Of a DNA stretch of 64,000 nucleotides, positions 10,368-23,009 are shown piece by piece. Under the pieces are notes generated by a model. That model ran no database searches and was not told the DNA's origin. It saw only the letters and a program-made list of their open reading frames with translations. Positions within the stretch are counted from its first letter, which is position 1. The number at the start of each line of letters is the position of its first letter. Source of the stretch: Spizellomyces punctatus DAOM BR117. Lineage: Eukaryota. The stretch lies in the NCBI GenBank assembly GCA_000182565.2, contig KQ257467.1. One strand, written 5' to 3'. A program made the position numbers and the translations under genes.

Positions 10368-13058
10368 TTAACCTCGTCCCCTCCGTCCCCCATTCGTAAC
10401 CAAAACCACTTTACCTCTCTTTTTGCTTCCCTCGCCAAAAACCGCTTCCTCAAAATCCAACGTCCACCCTTGGTATTCATCCACTGTATACTCATCGTCT
10501 TCTTCAGCTGTAGGCTGAGGTTTTGGGACGCGGGTCCAGGGTGTAGGTGTGGATGTCGTGTGAGCTGCGATGCGGGCAAACGAGTTTGGGTTTGAAGGGG
10601 GAGGGGAGGAGGGAGTTGCGTCTAGCGCGGCGTGGGGAACGTCTAGCGGGATGGAGGGAGGTGATTCCCACGAAGAGGAGAGGGGAAGAGGGGGAGAAGA
10701 GCGTTTACGGTCGCGGTCCTTGTCTTGTTGGTCTTTGCGTTCGAGGGTTCTGTATCTTTTAAGGCGTTGGCTGAGTTCCTCTGAGAAGCACTTGTTGTTA
10801 ACATAGTTTTATGAAACGGGTATACGGCAACTACTTACTCTCGAAAACCTTGCTGGTGGACTTGGAAACGAGCCCTTTCATATCGACCTCACAGAACGTG
10901 ACATCGCACGAAAGGGGTACATGAGAAAGATACTTGCACCGTTTCCTCAAGTCCTGCAATATAGGTAAATAACGCGAAAATGAAGAAAAGGAACACAATC
11001 AGCAGTGACATACCTCATTCATCGTAGACTCTTGCGCGGCAATTACATTGACGTTAATCCGATCCGGGAATCGGTCGTAGCTGCCGTACTCGTGTTTGAG
11101 GATTTTGATGTCCAGAGGGTGGAGGTATAAATGCTGGCCATCGAGTGATTGGTAAAAGTAGTACATGCCGTCTTGGGGCGGTTCATTTTTATGTTTCGGT
11201 GCATTTTGTTTGGATGCCGATGGTTGGGCATGCATTTTGGTCGGGCTCTTGGTAGGACTAGATCCCGTGTTGTCATGTTCCTCATCGTCCGAAAAGGCAG
11301 GCTCATACCCGCCTTGACGAGCCTGTTCTTCTTGAAACTGCTTTGCCTGCACATCCAGGACCTCATCCGTCCAGGTTGGTGGCGGCGGCTCGTCGGATGC
11401 AAGCAGATTAGCGACAGGTGGGACTACCACGGATTTGCCTTTCGTGTTGCCAAGTAGTCGGTTGCTTTTCAGGAGAGCATTCAGTGCTTCCTAAGCAGAG
11501 AATAAGTCTGCGAACTAGAAGCAAAAGACCAACGTGCAAAGATCCCACCTTGACCTCTGTCATGGCAACTTCAATAAACGGCTTTTCGCTTTCCAACCCA
11601 CCGCCACCTGTTCCGCCTACGGCCTTAACCACTGCTTCTTCATTTAAAGCCTCATCGAACATGGCCTTTAGCTCATCCCTTTCGCGTTCCAAAATCTCAA
11701 TTTGAAGATATTCTGGTGAAGACAGCAAGAGTTTTGCAAATGGAACTGCATTGGCGTTTGCAATGGAAGGCGGAGCATTCGTGCCAGCATTAGACCAAGT
11801 GTGGTATGCAAGGCGCGGGAGGGCAATCGTAGAGTTCACCGCACGTTTCATTAATAGCATGCTGACCTGCGCAGGTTTGCCAGGTGTAGCTTTGCCCACC
11901 TCTTGAGTGATAGCAAATTTTGCAGGCTTCAAATCCTTTGCGTAGATGGCGTCGTAGCAAATAGGACATTTGCGCCACTTTTTTTCACCGAGATGGAGGT
12001 AGTGAGTAATACAGGGCCAGCAGTAGACATGACCACACTTTGTCGCTTTGGGTGCGATAGGAGTGGAAAGGCAGATTGGGCAAGACGGAGGTTTCTTATT
12101 ATGGATCGGCACCACCTGTGTTTATATTTCACCCATTAATAGATTTTATGATGACAGAGGCGACATTAGCATACGTACTGCCTGAACAATGTCTTTCCAA
12201 TCGACCACAATATCGGGATCCATCATATTGACAGTATAGTCGCCCTTTTCATCCATCACGAAGCGGAAACTAAAGAAACGGATGAGAGAATGTCATAAAA
12301 CGTGCCGTTATGGATCGTAAACACAGCCCATGAAATATGCCGTAGATACAAGCGACGCAGCGACAGCCGCAACGAGCCGTGGTCCCACCCAGTGTATGGC
12401 AGCACACAAAATGTGCCCCAAGGCGATGGCCATTGAGTTACTTTCTTTTCCCTTATTCCTCTACTTTCGCTGTTTCACTGTTTGCCCCCCATCAATTCAC
12501 TTCATCGTCACCGTCGCGGGACAACGCTCTACTTTTGCCAGCGTATACTCACTTTGCATTGACGAATCGCTCCTTGTTGTAAGGCTCATAATAGACATTG
12601 CTCTTGCGACGGACTGCAGACCTCGATACACCAGGGCGTTGACGGGGCGGGAGTTGAAATCCCAGCAGGTGATTGAGGGAGATTTGACCGCGTTTGTTGG
12701 GCGATCCATAGACTTCTGTCTGTGGCTTTTGCAACAGAGACTTTATAAATTTGTACTTTAGAAAAATAACGCCCAAGCTTACCTCATAGTCATTGATGAA
12801 CGCAGGAACCATAACGTCCTCCTTCTTTCCCTTTTTGCGCTGCTCCTGCTTGCGGGGGCGAGCCTGACTCGACGAAACGGGGCGAGGACCGTAGGAATTG
12901 TTATTATTCTTATACATGTTGGGAGCAGACGTTGAAGAAGAGCGACGAGACGAGTTGCTCGTGGGTTGTTCTTTTACGGAAGAAGCAGAAGAAGAACCAG
13001 AAGACGGCACAAATTCTGTAGCGTAAATGTTCATTTTGCGCGAGTAGTGGTGAGCCAT
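10368..13058 (-). CDS. MAG2: RING-finger E3 ubiquitin ligase, RNF10/Mag2 family (multi-exon)
   Basis: GQISLNHLLGFQLP, YNKERFVNA, RING CPICLS...KCGHVYCWPCI...KCPIC, YYFYQSLDGQHLYLHPLDIKIL, and C-terminal KVVLVTNGGRRGRG*. Start may be 13058 or 13034. Confidence 0.88.
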
Positions 13059-13828
13059 TATTGTCTAGCTCGTTTTTTTCCGTTCTCTCTCACACCAGCA
13101 CGACAAGAGATGCGTAAGGGGCGCAAGAGTGAATGACTCGTAGTAGGACGACTGCGACAAGCAGCAACGGGAGAGTTTACAAGGCGGTTGTGAGTGTTCC
13201 ATTTAAGCAACGAGGGCAGCCATGATGAAAAGAGTGACAAGAATAAGGTTATAACGAGCAAGTATAAATGTATCAGTAAAAGTAGGATAAAAAAGCAAAG
13301 ATTATTATGTGGAATGGGAAACGAAAATGATGGGAGTCCAAATGCCTGATTGCAGGAAAGCTCGCTCGACTCCCCAAAAGGAAGAGTTTACGAGACAAAC
13401 CGACCGGAATGTGAGCATGTGACTGTGCCATGACCTACTATGACTGTGCCGTACATAATTGAAATCCAATCCACGCGCTCTCTCGAGGCTCGTGTTCGTT
13501 TGTTGACAATGAACAAAGGGCCATCGGAGAAGGTGATGGATAGGCAACAAAGCCGCGACGTTCTCGCAGCAGCAGAGGATGGGTATTGGGTGCTATTGCA
13601 AGATGTGAACATCATTGTGTCATTTGTATGAAATACTTTGGATGCACCCATGGATAGAGTGAAATGACAGATAGCAGCAGGTGTTTTTTGTGCGTGAACT
13701 GGAATGCATAAATCCATTTGCTTCCAAACAAGGCCCGTAAGAGGCCGTAGGACGTCGCTCGCCAGGGCTGCCAGGGCCTACAGATGACACTCATCCATAC
13801 TCCACAAGAACGCTCGGACTTGCTATGG

Positions 13829-13843
13829 ACGCGTCACGTGACG
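13829..13843. promoter_or_regulatory. Palindromic E-box CGTCACGTGACG overlapping an ACGCGT (MCB-like) site
   Basis: 12-bp perfect palindrome ~105 bp upstream of the ATG at 13949. Confidence 0.45.
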
Positions 13844-13948
13844 TTGTTGATGACCTCAGGGTCTGATGACCATGACTTGTTCCCATTGCCCGTCGTTCTT
13901 CTCCACACATCTCTCCCTCCTCATTTGCCCGTTGAAACTTTGATCAAA

Positions 13949-14166
13949 ATGTGTCGTCGTGTGAAATGTGAAAAGTGCGACAAGTATACGTGGGCTGGTA
14001 AGTCCTTGCTGTCAACATTCTTGCTTGCGTCCGAAATGTTGACCTCTCTCGCAACACAGGATGCGGACAGCATATTGACCAAGCCCTCGCAGGTCTCAAG
14101 CCGGAAGAAATCTGCAACTGTAAAGATAAGCAGAAGCAGAGTGACAAGACGGCAGGGCATTCGTAG
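13949..14166 (+). CDS. Small Cys/His-rich putative zinc-binding protein (51 aa)
   Basis: Exon 13949-13997, intron 13998-14059 (GTAAGT...CAG), exon 14060-14166. Product: MCRRVKCEKCDKYTWAGCGQHIDQALAGLKPEEICNCKDKQKQSDKTAGHS*. Confidence 0.8.
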
Positions 14167-14587
14167 AGCTCGCCTCGAACACTGCCGCGTAGAGTAGTTT
14201 AGAAGCCCATTGTAGCAATTCTTTTGTGGGGAATAAGCGCTCCACAACAGAGTCGGTTGAACACGTGATACATCATTGACTAAATGCACGTGACCATATT
14301 CGTTGCTATGGCAATTAAAAGTGGGAAAGTTTCTGTGCCATTCAGCTGCGTTCATTCGAATTGTTTTTTTCGGACGAGACGATTTGATGCGTTGGGCATT
14401 TGGGCTGCTGCTGCTGCTAGGCTGCTAGGGATTGTTGCTAACGAATTATTCGAGGACTCGACGGGCACATTTCTGCCAAGAGATCCCACACATACGCACT
14501 CTCTCTTCTTAGGCTCGCCTCGCTTCACGGACTGTGTGTACGGGCTTGCACTCGAATTCCACCTTGTTCATCCCCTAGTGCGATATA

Positions 14588-17546
14588 ATGTCCCGTTTCT
14601 TTCGTGGCGGAGAGTCCAGCTCTGAATCAGAGTCAGAGTCAGACTTTTCCTCTTCGTCTTCTGAAGACGAACGCAGCAGCAAGAATGCTTCCGACGCCAG
14701 CTCAGACGATGGCGGCTCATCCGATTCGGACTCGGACGAAAATGCGCCGAGAAAAGGAGCGGGTGGTGCGAGCCGATTTATGCGTGGGTTTGCGGGATCA
14801 GACTCGGATGACAGTGACGCAGAAGACAAAAAGCGGGTCGTCAAATCTGCAAGAGACAAGCGGTTTGATGATATGCGGAACTCTGTAAAGGCTCTCAAGA
14901 ATGCTGAAAAGATCAATGACTGGGTTGCCATTCAAAATGGTAGGAACTGCAACTGAATGACGCCAACTCGTCTTCTCGCTGATCTCTATCTGCAGAGTTT
15001 GAAAAGCTGAACAAGGCCTACTCAAAGGCTAACGCCATCATTCAGCGAGAAGGCGTGCCACGATTCTACATCCGAGCCATTGCTCAACTGGAAGACTTTT
15101 TGAAGGAAACCTTGACAAATAAGGATGCAATCAAAAAAATGAATGCATCGTCATCTCGTGCGTTGAATGCCATGAAGCAAAAGTTGCGCAAGCACAACAA
15201 ACAGCACGAAGCAGATATTGAAAAGTGGCGCGCGGTATGTGTCGAGTTTTGTGTGGGAATGTTTTTATGCCTTGTCCTTCTTGTCCTAATCCTTGTCCAT
15301 AGAACCCTGTGACGGAGGCAGCGTCTGCTGACGAAGCTGCGAAAAAGGCAGCCCAAGAGGCTAGCTCCGAGGATGAGTCTTCAGATGAGTCAGAAGACGA
15401 GAAGCCGGCAGGTCGCTCAAAGTGGGTCAAGGGCGGAGACTCAGAAACAGACGAGTTTGAGAAACCCAAGCAGCGAACAAAGAAGAAGGGATCCAAAGCC
15501 GCAGCCGCGGCTGCTGAGGAAAAGGGGGAGCCGGGTGATTTCCAGGTGGTCGGCAAAGGTGGAAAAGTCTTTGATGTCAAGCCTGAAAACTTGTTCAAAA
15601 AACTGAGGGAGATCATTGAGGCTCGTGGTAAAAAGGTGTGTACATCTCACTACTGCATATTGTTTTATTGTTTGTATGCTAATAACATGCTTGATTTTCA
15701 GTCTACTGATCGTCAACTGCAAATGCAACATTTGGAGCGCATCTTGGAAGTTGCCAGTACCCCCTACCAAAAGGTCAAAGTCCTTCTTGCCCTCGTTCCC
15801 TCGCGATTCGACTCTGCCCCATCTTCGACAGGTTACATGGCCGTGGACGTGTGGAAGAGTGCTTCAGGAGAGCTGAACCAATTGTTTGGCTACCTTGAGG
15901 AGCACACCAACATTCGCATCGTCGAAATGTCGGAGGAAGAGGACGAGGAGGATGTTGCTGAAGAAAAGTTTAAGAATGCGGACACTGTAACGATCCGGGC
16001 CAGCTTGAGCTCATTGATTGACCGTATCGACGACGAGTTCACCAAATCCCTCCAGCACATTGACCCCCATACCCTGGATTACATCAACCGATTGAGGGAT
16101 GAGACTGTCCTTTACGCTCTCATTGTCCGCGCCCAAAAGTACTTTGAGCGCATTGACTTTGACCTTGCTGTGGACCATACAAAGATGCGGCGCGTCGAGC
16201 ACTTGTACTACAAACCTGACGCGGTCATCCAGGCCGTCGAAAAGGAAGTCCGGAACCTGTATCCCGCTCTCAACGAGGCGCTTGAGGAGCCTGTGGCACT
16301 GGTCGATCACCTGTGCACAAGCTTGTACAAGACCAGCACGGACCGCATTAGAACACGCTCACTTCTCTGCCATGTGTACCACCTCGCCCTTCATGACAAG
16401 TTTGAAAAGGCGCGCGACATGATGCTCATGTCTCACCTTCAGGACCACGTGGCGCAAACAGAGGTATCTACCCAGATCCTTTTCAACCGGACCATGGCGC
16501 AGATTGGTTTGTGTGCTTTCCGATGTGGAATGGTCAAGGAAACCGCCAACGCATTGCAAGAAATTTCGTCATCTGGAAAGGTCAAGGAACTGTTGGCTCA
16601 GGGTGTGCAGCTGCAAAAGTACTCTGACAAGACGCCCGAACAAGAGAAACTGGAAAAGCAACGGCAATTGCCTTTCCACATGCACATCAACCTGGAATTG
16701 CTGGAATGCGTTTACCTAACGTGCTCCATGTTGCTGGAGATTCCAAACATGGCCGCCAATGCGCACGAACCCCGTCGCAAGGTGATTAGCAAACCATTCC
16801 GGAGAATGTTGGATTACAATGAGCGTCAAGTCTTTACTGGTATGTGTGATGCTGTGTTTCCATTCTGTGGGTTTGTTGATGGAAACCAACTAAATGTGTC
16901 CACCTACATAGGCCCCCCAGAAAACACGCGCGACCACATTATGGGCGCTGCGAAAGCCCTGGCCGCCGGCGAATGGCAGCGCTGCCGGGACTTGATCCAC
17001 GCCATTAAGATCTGGGATCTCGTGCCCAACACGGAAAAGATCAAGGAAATGCTCACCGAAAAGATTCAAGAAGAGGGTCTCCGGACGTACTTTTTCACCT
17101 ACTCCCCTTACTACGATTCCCTGGGCATTGAGCAACTCGCCTCCATGTTCTCGCTTCCCGTACCCCAAGTCCGCGCCACCGTCTCCCGCATGATCATCAA
17201 CGAAGAACTGCATGCCTCCATTGACCAGCCGACAAACTCTGTCGTCCTGCACCGTGCCGGACCGGGTGTCGAGACATCTCGCCTGGAATTCTTGGCAGGT
17301 CTATACGCGGACAAGGTGAGCAGTTTTGTAGAGTCCAATGAAAAGCTCCTGGAGAGTCGGTCCATGTTGCTTGGTTTGCAGCAACAGCAGCAGCAGAGAG
17401 ATTTCAGGTCACGTGGTGGCGAGAGAGCGCATGGTGGGTACCGTGGGGGTGAAAGACGGGGTGGACGCCAAGGTGCATATGGGGGTGAAAGAGGCGGACG
17501 GGGCGGGCGTTCTGGGAGAGGACAGGGACAGCGTGCTGGGCGATAA
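14588..17546 (+). CDS. NIP1: Eukaryotic translation initiation factor 3 subunit C
   Basis: MSRFF start, KRVVKSARDKRF, IDDEFTKSLQHIDPHT, LPFHMHINLELLEC, FTGPPENTRDHI, PCI domain and RGG tail; several short introns. Confidence 0.97.
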
Positions 17547-17563
17547 GCTGGTGGGCTCTCTCG

Positions 17564-17589
17564 GTGTGTGTGTGTGTGTGTGTGTGTGT
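17564..17589. repeat. (GT)13 microsatellite just downstream of the eIF3c stop
   Basis: Perfect GT run read directly. Confidence 0.95.
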
Positions 17590-18012
17590 AATCAATGGTG
17601 TGTGTAATGTATATCATAGAGTGGGATTCTGTTTATGCAAGATGGTACGGCGTTTTTTTTGATGTTGGTGAATACGTGTTGGTTTCTTCATCTTTCTTTT
17701 TCATGTGCGATTTATTGCTTCTCGCGAGTTGTGTTGTGTGGATTTCAAGGGAGTATTCGTTATGGGTAGCTCAGTGAGGCGACTGCGTAGCGCCCAATCA
17801 ACTTTATGCTTGAAGACCTGGCTTACAATGCGACCGACTGTCCGTTCGCACCATGGTTGGTTACGCATTACGACATTGCTTTCCAGCTCATGAAGAGCAG
17901 AAGTGTCCAATAAACCATGCAAACCAATATTTATACGACATTTACAGTTATTGATTGCGCATTGTTTAACAATCCAATCATCCGATACATTTTACAACTT
18001 TTAGATCCATTC

Positions 18013-18393
18013 CTAACCCCTCGCCCCAGATCCACCCTTTGAAGCAATCTCCTTCTGTAAACCAAGAGTTAAAACTAATACCTTGAACAAAAAACAAAAA
18101 CAAAGCAAAAACAAACCTGTCGCTCCGGATCCCGCTCCTTCATACTCGCAAACCCCTGCCGACCTCCATAAGTAATAATCTCATCCTCCTTTGTTGCAGT
18201 CTGCGATAAAGGTTTTTCGTCTGGCATGGGGTTTTGGGATCGGGTGTTGTGGGCGGGTTCCGAATAGGTTGTTGGGACTTGGTCCCTGTCTTGGTAGGCT
18301 TGGTTTTCCTTTTATTTTTTTGGTTGTTAGAGTTGGTTTGGATGTGTGTTGAGTGAAGAGATGTATTTTCTTTACCTGGTTGTTGGATGACAT
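18013..18393 (-). CDS. Small hydrophilic KGG-motif (Con-10-like) protein, 83 aa, 3 exons
   Basis: Exons 18393-18376, 18308-18117 and 18054-18013 with GT-AG introns give MSSNNQ-ENQAYQDR...GGRQGFASMKERDPERQ-KEIASKGGSGARG*. Confidence 0.8.
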
Positions 18394-18639
18394 GGTGGTG
18401 GTGTTTGATAGAGTGTTTTGATGTTCAAAGTGCTCAAAAGTACGAGAGTCAAGAGTGGAAACCTCACATTTGTGGTTTATATTTAATAAGCACTGGGATA
18501 ATGGGCTCAACAAAACCATATAGCGTCACCCAACAATGATGCAAACATCTCGTCTTTAAAAAACCTTTGCTGTTGGGTCACCATGACTTCACCTTAAAGG
18601 TATGATGTTGAGTGGGGTAAAGAAGGCGACGACAAGCCC

Positions 18640-19050
18640 TAATGTGGGTGGTTAAGCGCGTCCGTCGATTCGGAAAAACTACTTTTCGATGACTTGTCCA
18701 ATGGAAAATAACTGTTTTTTGAATGATGACGGAAGGGTGTAATAGGGTATTAATGGACAAAGGCTTTCTTTGATTGAATGGTGTACGAGGTGTTCGTTGG
18801 AGATGGTTTGAATAACGAAAAGAATCCGTAATCGTCATCTGTAATGCGGGACTGTTAGAGAGAAATTGGGACTGGGTTCTGGTAAATGGATGTTCAAATG
18901 CCTCTTGCAGTTTGACGCATAATATATGTGGACTGACGATGGCCTTCGGAATAATATTCTTATTCCTACTTTGATGGGAAGGCAACACTCTGGCCTTGAA
19001 AATGACCCAGAACGACCGTGAACTCTGGGTGAACTGTGTTCATAGTTGAG
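18640..19050 (+). pseudogene. Possible decayed PH-domain gene remnant
   Basis: Fragments in different frames with stops: CGWLSAS, QWK, CFLNDDGRV, and FLL*WEGNTLALKMTQNDRELWVNCV. These resemble PH strand 1, strand 2 and the C-terminal Trp helix in the right order. Confidence 0.3.
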
Positions 19051-19473
19051 ACAACCTCTCTAAATGTGAAATGTCGTAAATGGATCACTTGAATGGCCTG
19101 CAGGGGTTTTAGGTGGTGGAGCATCTTCGAGTCTCAGCTCAAAGGCCATGCTTTATGGATTTTTCAACAAGGGTGATGGTCTGGTTATGAAGGTTCAATT
19201 TGTGGAGATCTAACCGAGCTCGTTTTTGCCAATGCATTGAACATGATTTGCATTACCCATTCTCCACCTCAACCCAGTGAACAAGGTAACAAGTTTTTGC
19301 GTGCATTCAAAAACACGAGAACATTCAGAACGGCAATTGCCAAAAAACACAAGAAACGTGGTTTAAACAGCAGCCAACACTTTTTATTTAAGACCTGCCC
19401 GCCAAAAAAAAAAAAAAAAAACACTTTTATACAAGAAACTTCAACCCTCGTCATTCAACCCGATCATCCTCCT

Positions 19474-19855
19474 CTATTCTCGGACGTTGTCCAAGTTTTC
19501 GTGCGGGTTGGGAGTCGGTTTGGCCGTCCCTTTGGATGAATTATGGCCACCCTTCCTTGAAATCTCCTCCTAAAACAACAAATCTTGTCAATCACAAACA
19601 CTGAGGTTGCTCTTCCAACATGAACGGATATGAACGTACATGTTTCTCATGGGGATAATTCTCACTAGCAAATCCCCTGTTTTGTCCTGTTCCAAAGTCG
19701 TTGGGATGTTCACCTGTTTCTGCCTCATCCTTGAATTCCCTGTCAAAGGAGCCAATAAGGCCGGGGTCTTCGCGTTCGACGGCGAGAGTGGGTTCCTGTT
19801 CGCCGTAGGGATATCCGCCAGAGCCGGCGTGAGAGGGGTTCTTTGGTGCTGGCAT
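19474..19855 (-). CDS. Small hydrophilic KGG-motif protein, 103 aa, 2 exons
   Basis: Exon 19855-19640, intron 19639-19570 (GTACGT...TTTTAG), exon 19569-19474. Reads ...NRGFASENYPHEKH-EEISRKGGHNSSKG...LDNVRE*. Confidence 0.8.
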
Positions 19856-20663
19856 TTGTGTAGTTTGTGGATTGGATAGACTTGTATAGTGGTAAAATGT
19901 AGGTTTTGCAATACTCTTGTTTGTTTTTAAGGCAGTGCAAATGTGAACCGGCCGGATGCTTCCCCCTTTGTCTTTTATATGGGATTACAGATATTTATTC
20001 CGCAAGTTTTCGATGCCATTGGGGGGGCAAATGGGTGGGTGGAAAAAGTAAAGCCCACCAAAAGGAACACTCCACACGACGCGATTCTCCAAATGCCATC
20101 ATCATGATCATCATTTCAACATCAGGACAACCCATTGGAACAAACACAAGAGTGGCATGAAAGTTACCGCCCACCCCCCCCCCCCCCCCACTTTTTATTG
20201 GATCCAATGGAAGAATTGAAGAACAAAAAAAGGGAAAAGTAAGGGCTTTCTAGTAAAAAGGGCGGATTGCAAGCAAACGCGCCCCGCCCTCGTAAACATC
20301 CCTTTCCAGCATCACATTACACACATCACTTAACACACACAATTGGGAAGGAAATAACCACTGAAACTTTGGAGATGCAAAAGGGCCCCACCACGCAGCC
20401 CATCATGAACCCAAAAACATTTATGCATCATCATGGCGTAAAACCGGCACAGAGACGGAAAAAAAAGAAAATGACGAGACATGACGTCTTGTAGAGTTAT
20501 CGTCCAAAGGAGTCCGGGCTTGACCTTCAAAAGACTGATGTGCTTAAATAGCCGCAAAACAGGTCGAACCATTCCTCTTATCAACCTTGAAACTCAAAAA
20601 CGTGCGCAAAAGAGGATATCTCACATCTAACCCAACACACCCCAATCACTGCACTTTGTAATC

Positions 20664-21165
20664 ATGTCGACCTCCAACAACAACCGTAAGTCCATTGATT
20701 CAAAATTGCAAAAATATGTATTGCAACTTAAAACCTTGTTTTTGAGCAGCCGGTAACTTTGCCAACCGTCCCAAGGAAGAAGTGCGAGAAATTGCCTCAA
20801 AGGGAGGACACGCCAGTCACTCATCGGCTGCCAACAACCGTAAGTATTTTGATTGAAACTGCGCATCAAAATGAAACTTTCTCGGCTTATTTTTATCGCA
20901 TATTTCCCCGTTAACAGCCGGAAACTTTGCGAACCGCCCCAAGGAAGAAGTACGTGAAATAGCGGCCAAGGGCGGACATGCCAGTCACTCTGGTGGATTC
21001 GCTTCAATGGATCCCGAGAAACAGCGCGAGATTGCTTCAATGGGAGGAAAAGCCGCCCATGCAAGTGGACATGCGCATGAATTCACTTCCGAAGAGGCTA
21101 GAGAAGCAGGAAGGAAAGGTGGACGGGCTCGGGGAGGTGCGCAGGACGACGACGATGAAGAATAA
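20664..21165 (+). CDS. con-10: Conidiation protein 10-like KGG-repeat stress/spore protein
   Basis: Introns 20686-20749 and 20840-20917. Product: MSTSNNNPGNFANRPKEEVREIASKGGHASHSSAANNPGNFANRPKEEVREIAAKGGHASHSGGFASMDPEKQREIASMGGKAAHASGHAHEFTSEEAREAGRKGG...*. Confidence 0.9.
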
Positions 21166-21434
21166 AAAACCCCAACATGTATCTTTGTAAATACAAAAAA
21201 ATAACTTTGAAAAACTCCTACTTTTGAATTGAAACTCTTGACCGCACGTTAGATAATCATGTCGTAAGCACGTCAAATGAAATGATTGCCATATACAGTT
21301 AAATGAGATTCCGTTGCTGAGTTTTATTTGGAGAGCTCCCCCGTCCCCCGTCTTGAGCGTTTCGTCGTCGTCTGTACTTCCGGTCGTTGCATTTGGGTTT
21401 TGGGTTTTTGGTCTGTAGAGCGGTCTTGTCGAGC

Positions 21435-23009
21435 ATGTACGGGTGGGCAGTATGGTTTCTTGTCGTGCTCGTGCTCGTGCAACATGTCGACGCGAGAAAC
21501 GTCCTGTCAATACCCCGCAATCCAAAGAGTCGAAAGGTTGGCATTGTCAGGTACGGCCGAGCAATTTGGAACTGTCACAATGGTGTCCGCAAGAGAGAAC
21601 GCTAACTCTTGGCTTGATTAGTCTGAACTTTCAGTTGAAGCAGAAAGCTCTGGACGCGAATGTGACTGGACAAACGACTGTTATTGCAGACAGCGTCTCC
21701 CACACGGTACGGTGTTGACGTCTTTCACTTTTCGTCAGCAAATCGTATCTGGGTCAATACAACTAAGTCGTTGCTTTACTACGTTCTATAGCTCATTACC
21801 ACCATTGGTGTTGGGACGCCTGCTCAAGTCATGGCAGTGCAAATTGACACTGGATCCAGCTTGTTTTGGCTGCGAAGCTCGAAATGTAGAGGCACAAGTT
21901 GCTCTGGGCAACCTGTCTATGATAATACAAAGAGCACGTCATATCTCCCTCCGGCACCGGCGACGGCATTGACAGGGCCACAAAGAAGGTCGATCGTATA
22001 TGGGGATAACACAAAAGTAGAATGTCAACTGGGAGCGGTACGGCATGCGCGAATATCTGGAGATTGAAATCGGTTGAGCTAACAAGATTGGATCTCGTGT
22101 AGGATACCGTTATGCTGGGAACCCTGGTTATACCCAATCAGACTCTCTGCGAAGCTGATGTGATCCAGACAACAACTGGATCCTCTGACGGATTGATCGG
22201 ATTAGGTCCCCCAGGAGCAGACAGTATGTGAAACACGTCTTTCCAAAATGCATGCTAAAGAATTCTTACCCACTTTTGCCTCTGGATACTCAGCCGCTAC
22301 GGACGTATTCAGGAACATGATAGCAAGCAAAACAATATCCAAGCCGGTTGCCAGCTTCTGGTACAACCAGTCCCGGCAGTTTTCCGACACAAATGCCGGG
22401 CAGATTACCTTTGGCGGCATGGATTCGAGCAAATTTACTGGAAGCTTTACTTGGTTTCCCATTCCAATCACGGGGCGCAATCACTGGTCAACTACCTTTG
22501 AGGGCATCACATTAGATTCTGCGCCATTAACACAAAACCGAACAGGAATGGCCATCTTTGATACTGGTACGACATTGGCCATAATACCATCGGACACACT
22601 ATCAGCTATTGTACTAGCCGCGAACGCCAAGCAACTCCCGAACCAGAGCCTATATGAAATCCCGTGTGACAAGGTCTCTCGTATACCACCCGTCACATTC
22701 CACATTGGCCAGAGGCGCATTACACTCTTTGCCGAACAACAAGTCTTTGTCGTCGATGGAACATGTTTCCTTATTTACGCGGCATCTACATCAAACCTTA
22801 ACGTGGATGTGATTCTCGGTGCCCTGTTTTTGAGACATTTTTATACCGTGTTTGATTTCGGGGCCTCCCGGACGGGTTTGGCGATTTCTGCAGGACAGGT
22901 TGCGAATTCGTTACGTCTTACTGGGAAGAGTGCGGGGAGCCGGGTTAATGTGGACGTCAGATGGGCTGTTGTATTGGGATGGATGGTGCTATCATCGTTG
23001 TTGATGTGA
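21435..23009 (+). CDS. Secreted pepsin-like (A1) aspartic protease, hydrophobic C-terminus (possible GPI or membrane anchor)
   Basis: Signal peptide MYGWAVWFLVVLVLVQHVDA; catalytic IDTGSS and FDTGTT; DGLIGLG; ILGALFLRHFYTVFDF; multiple introns. Confidence 0.9.
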
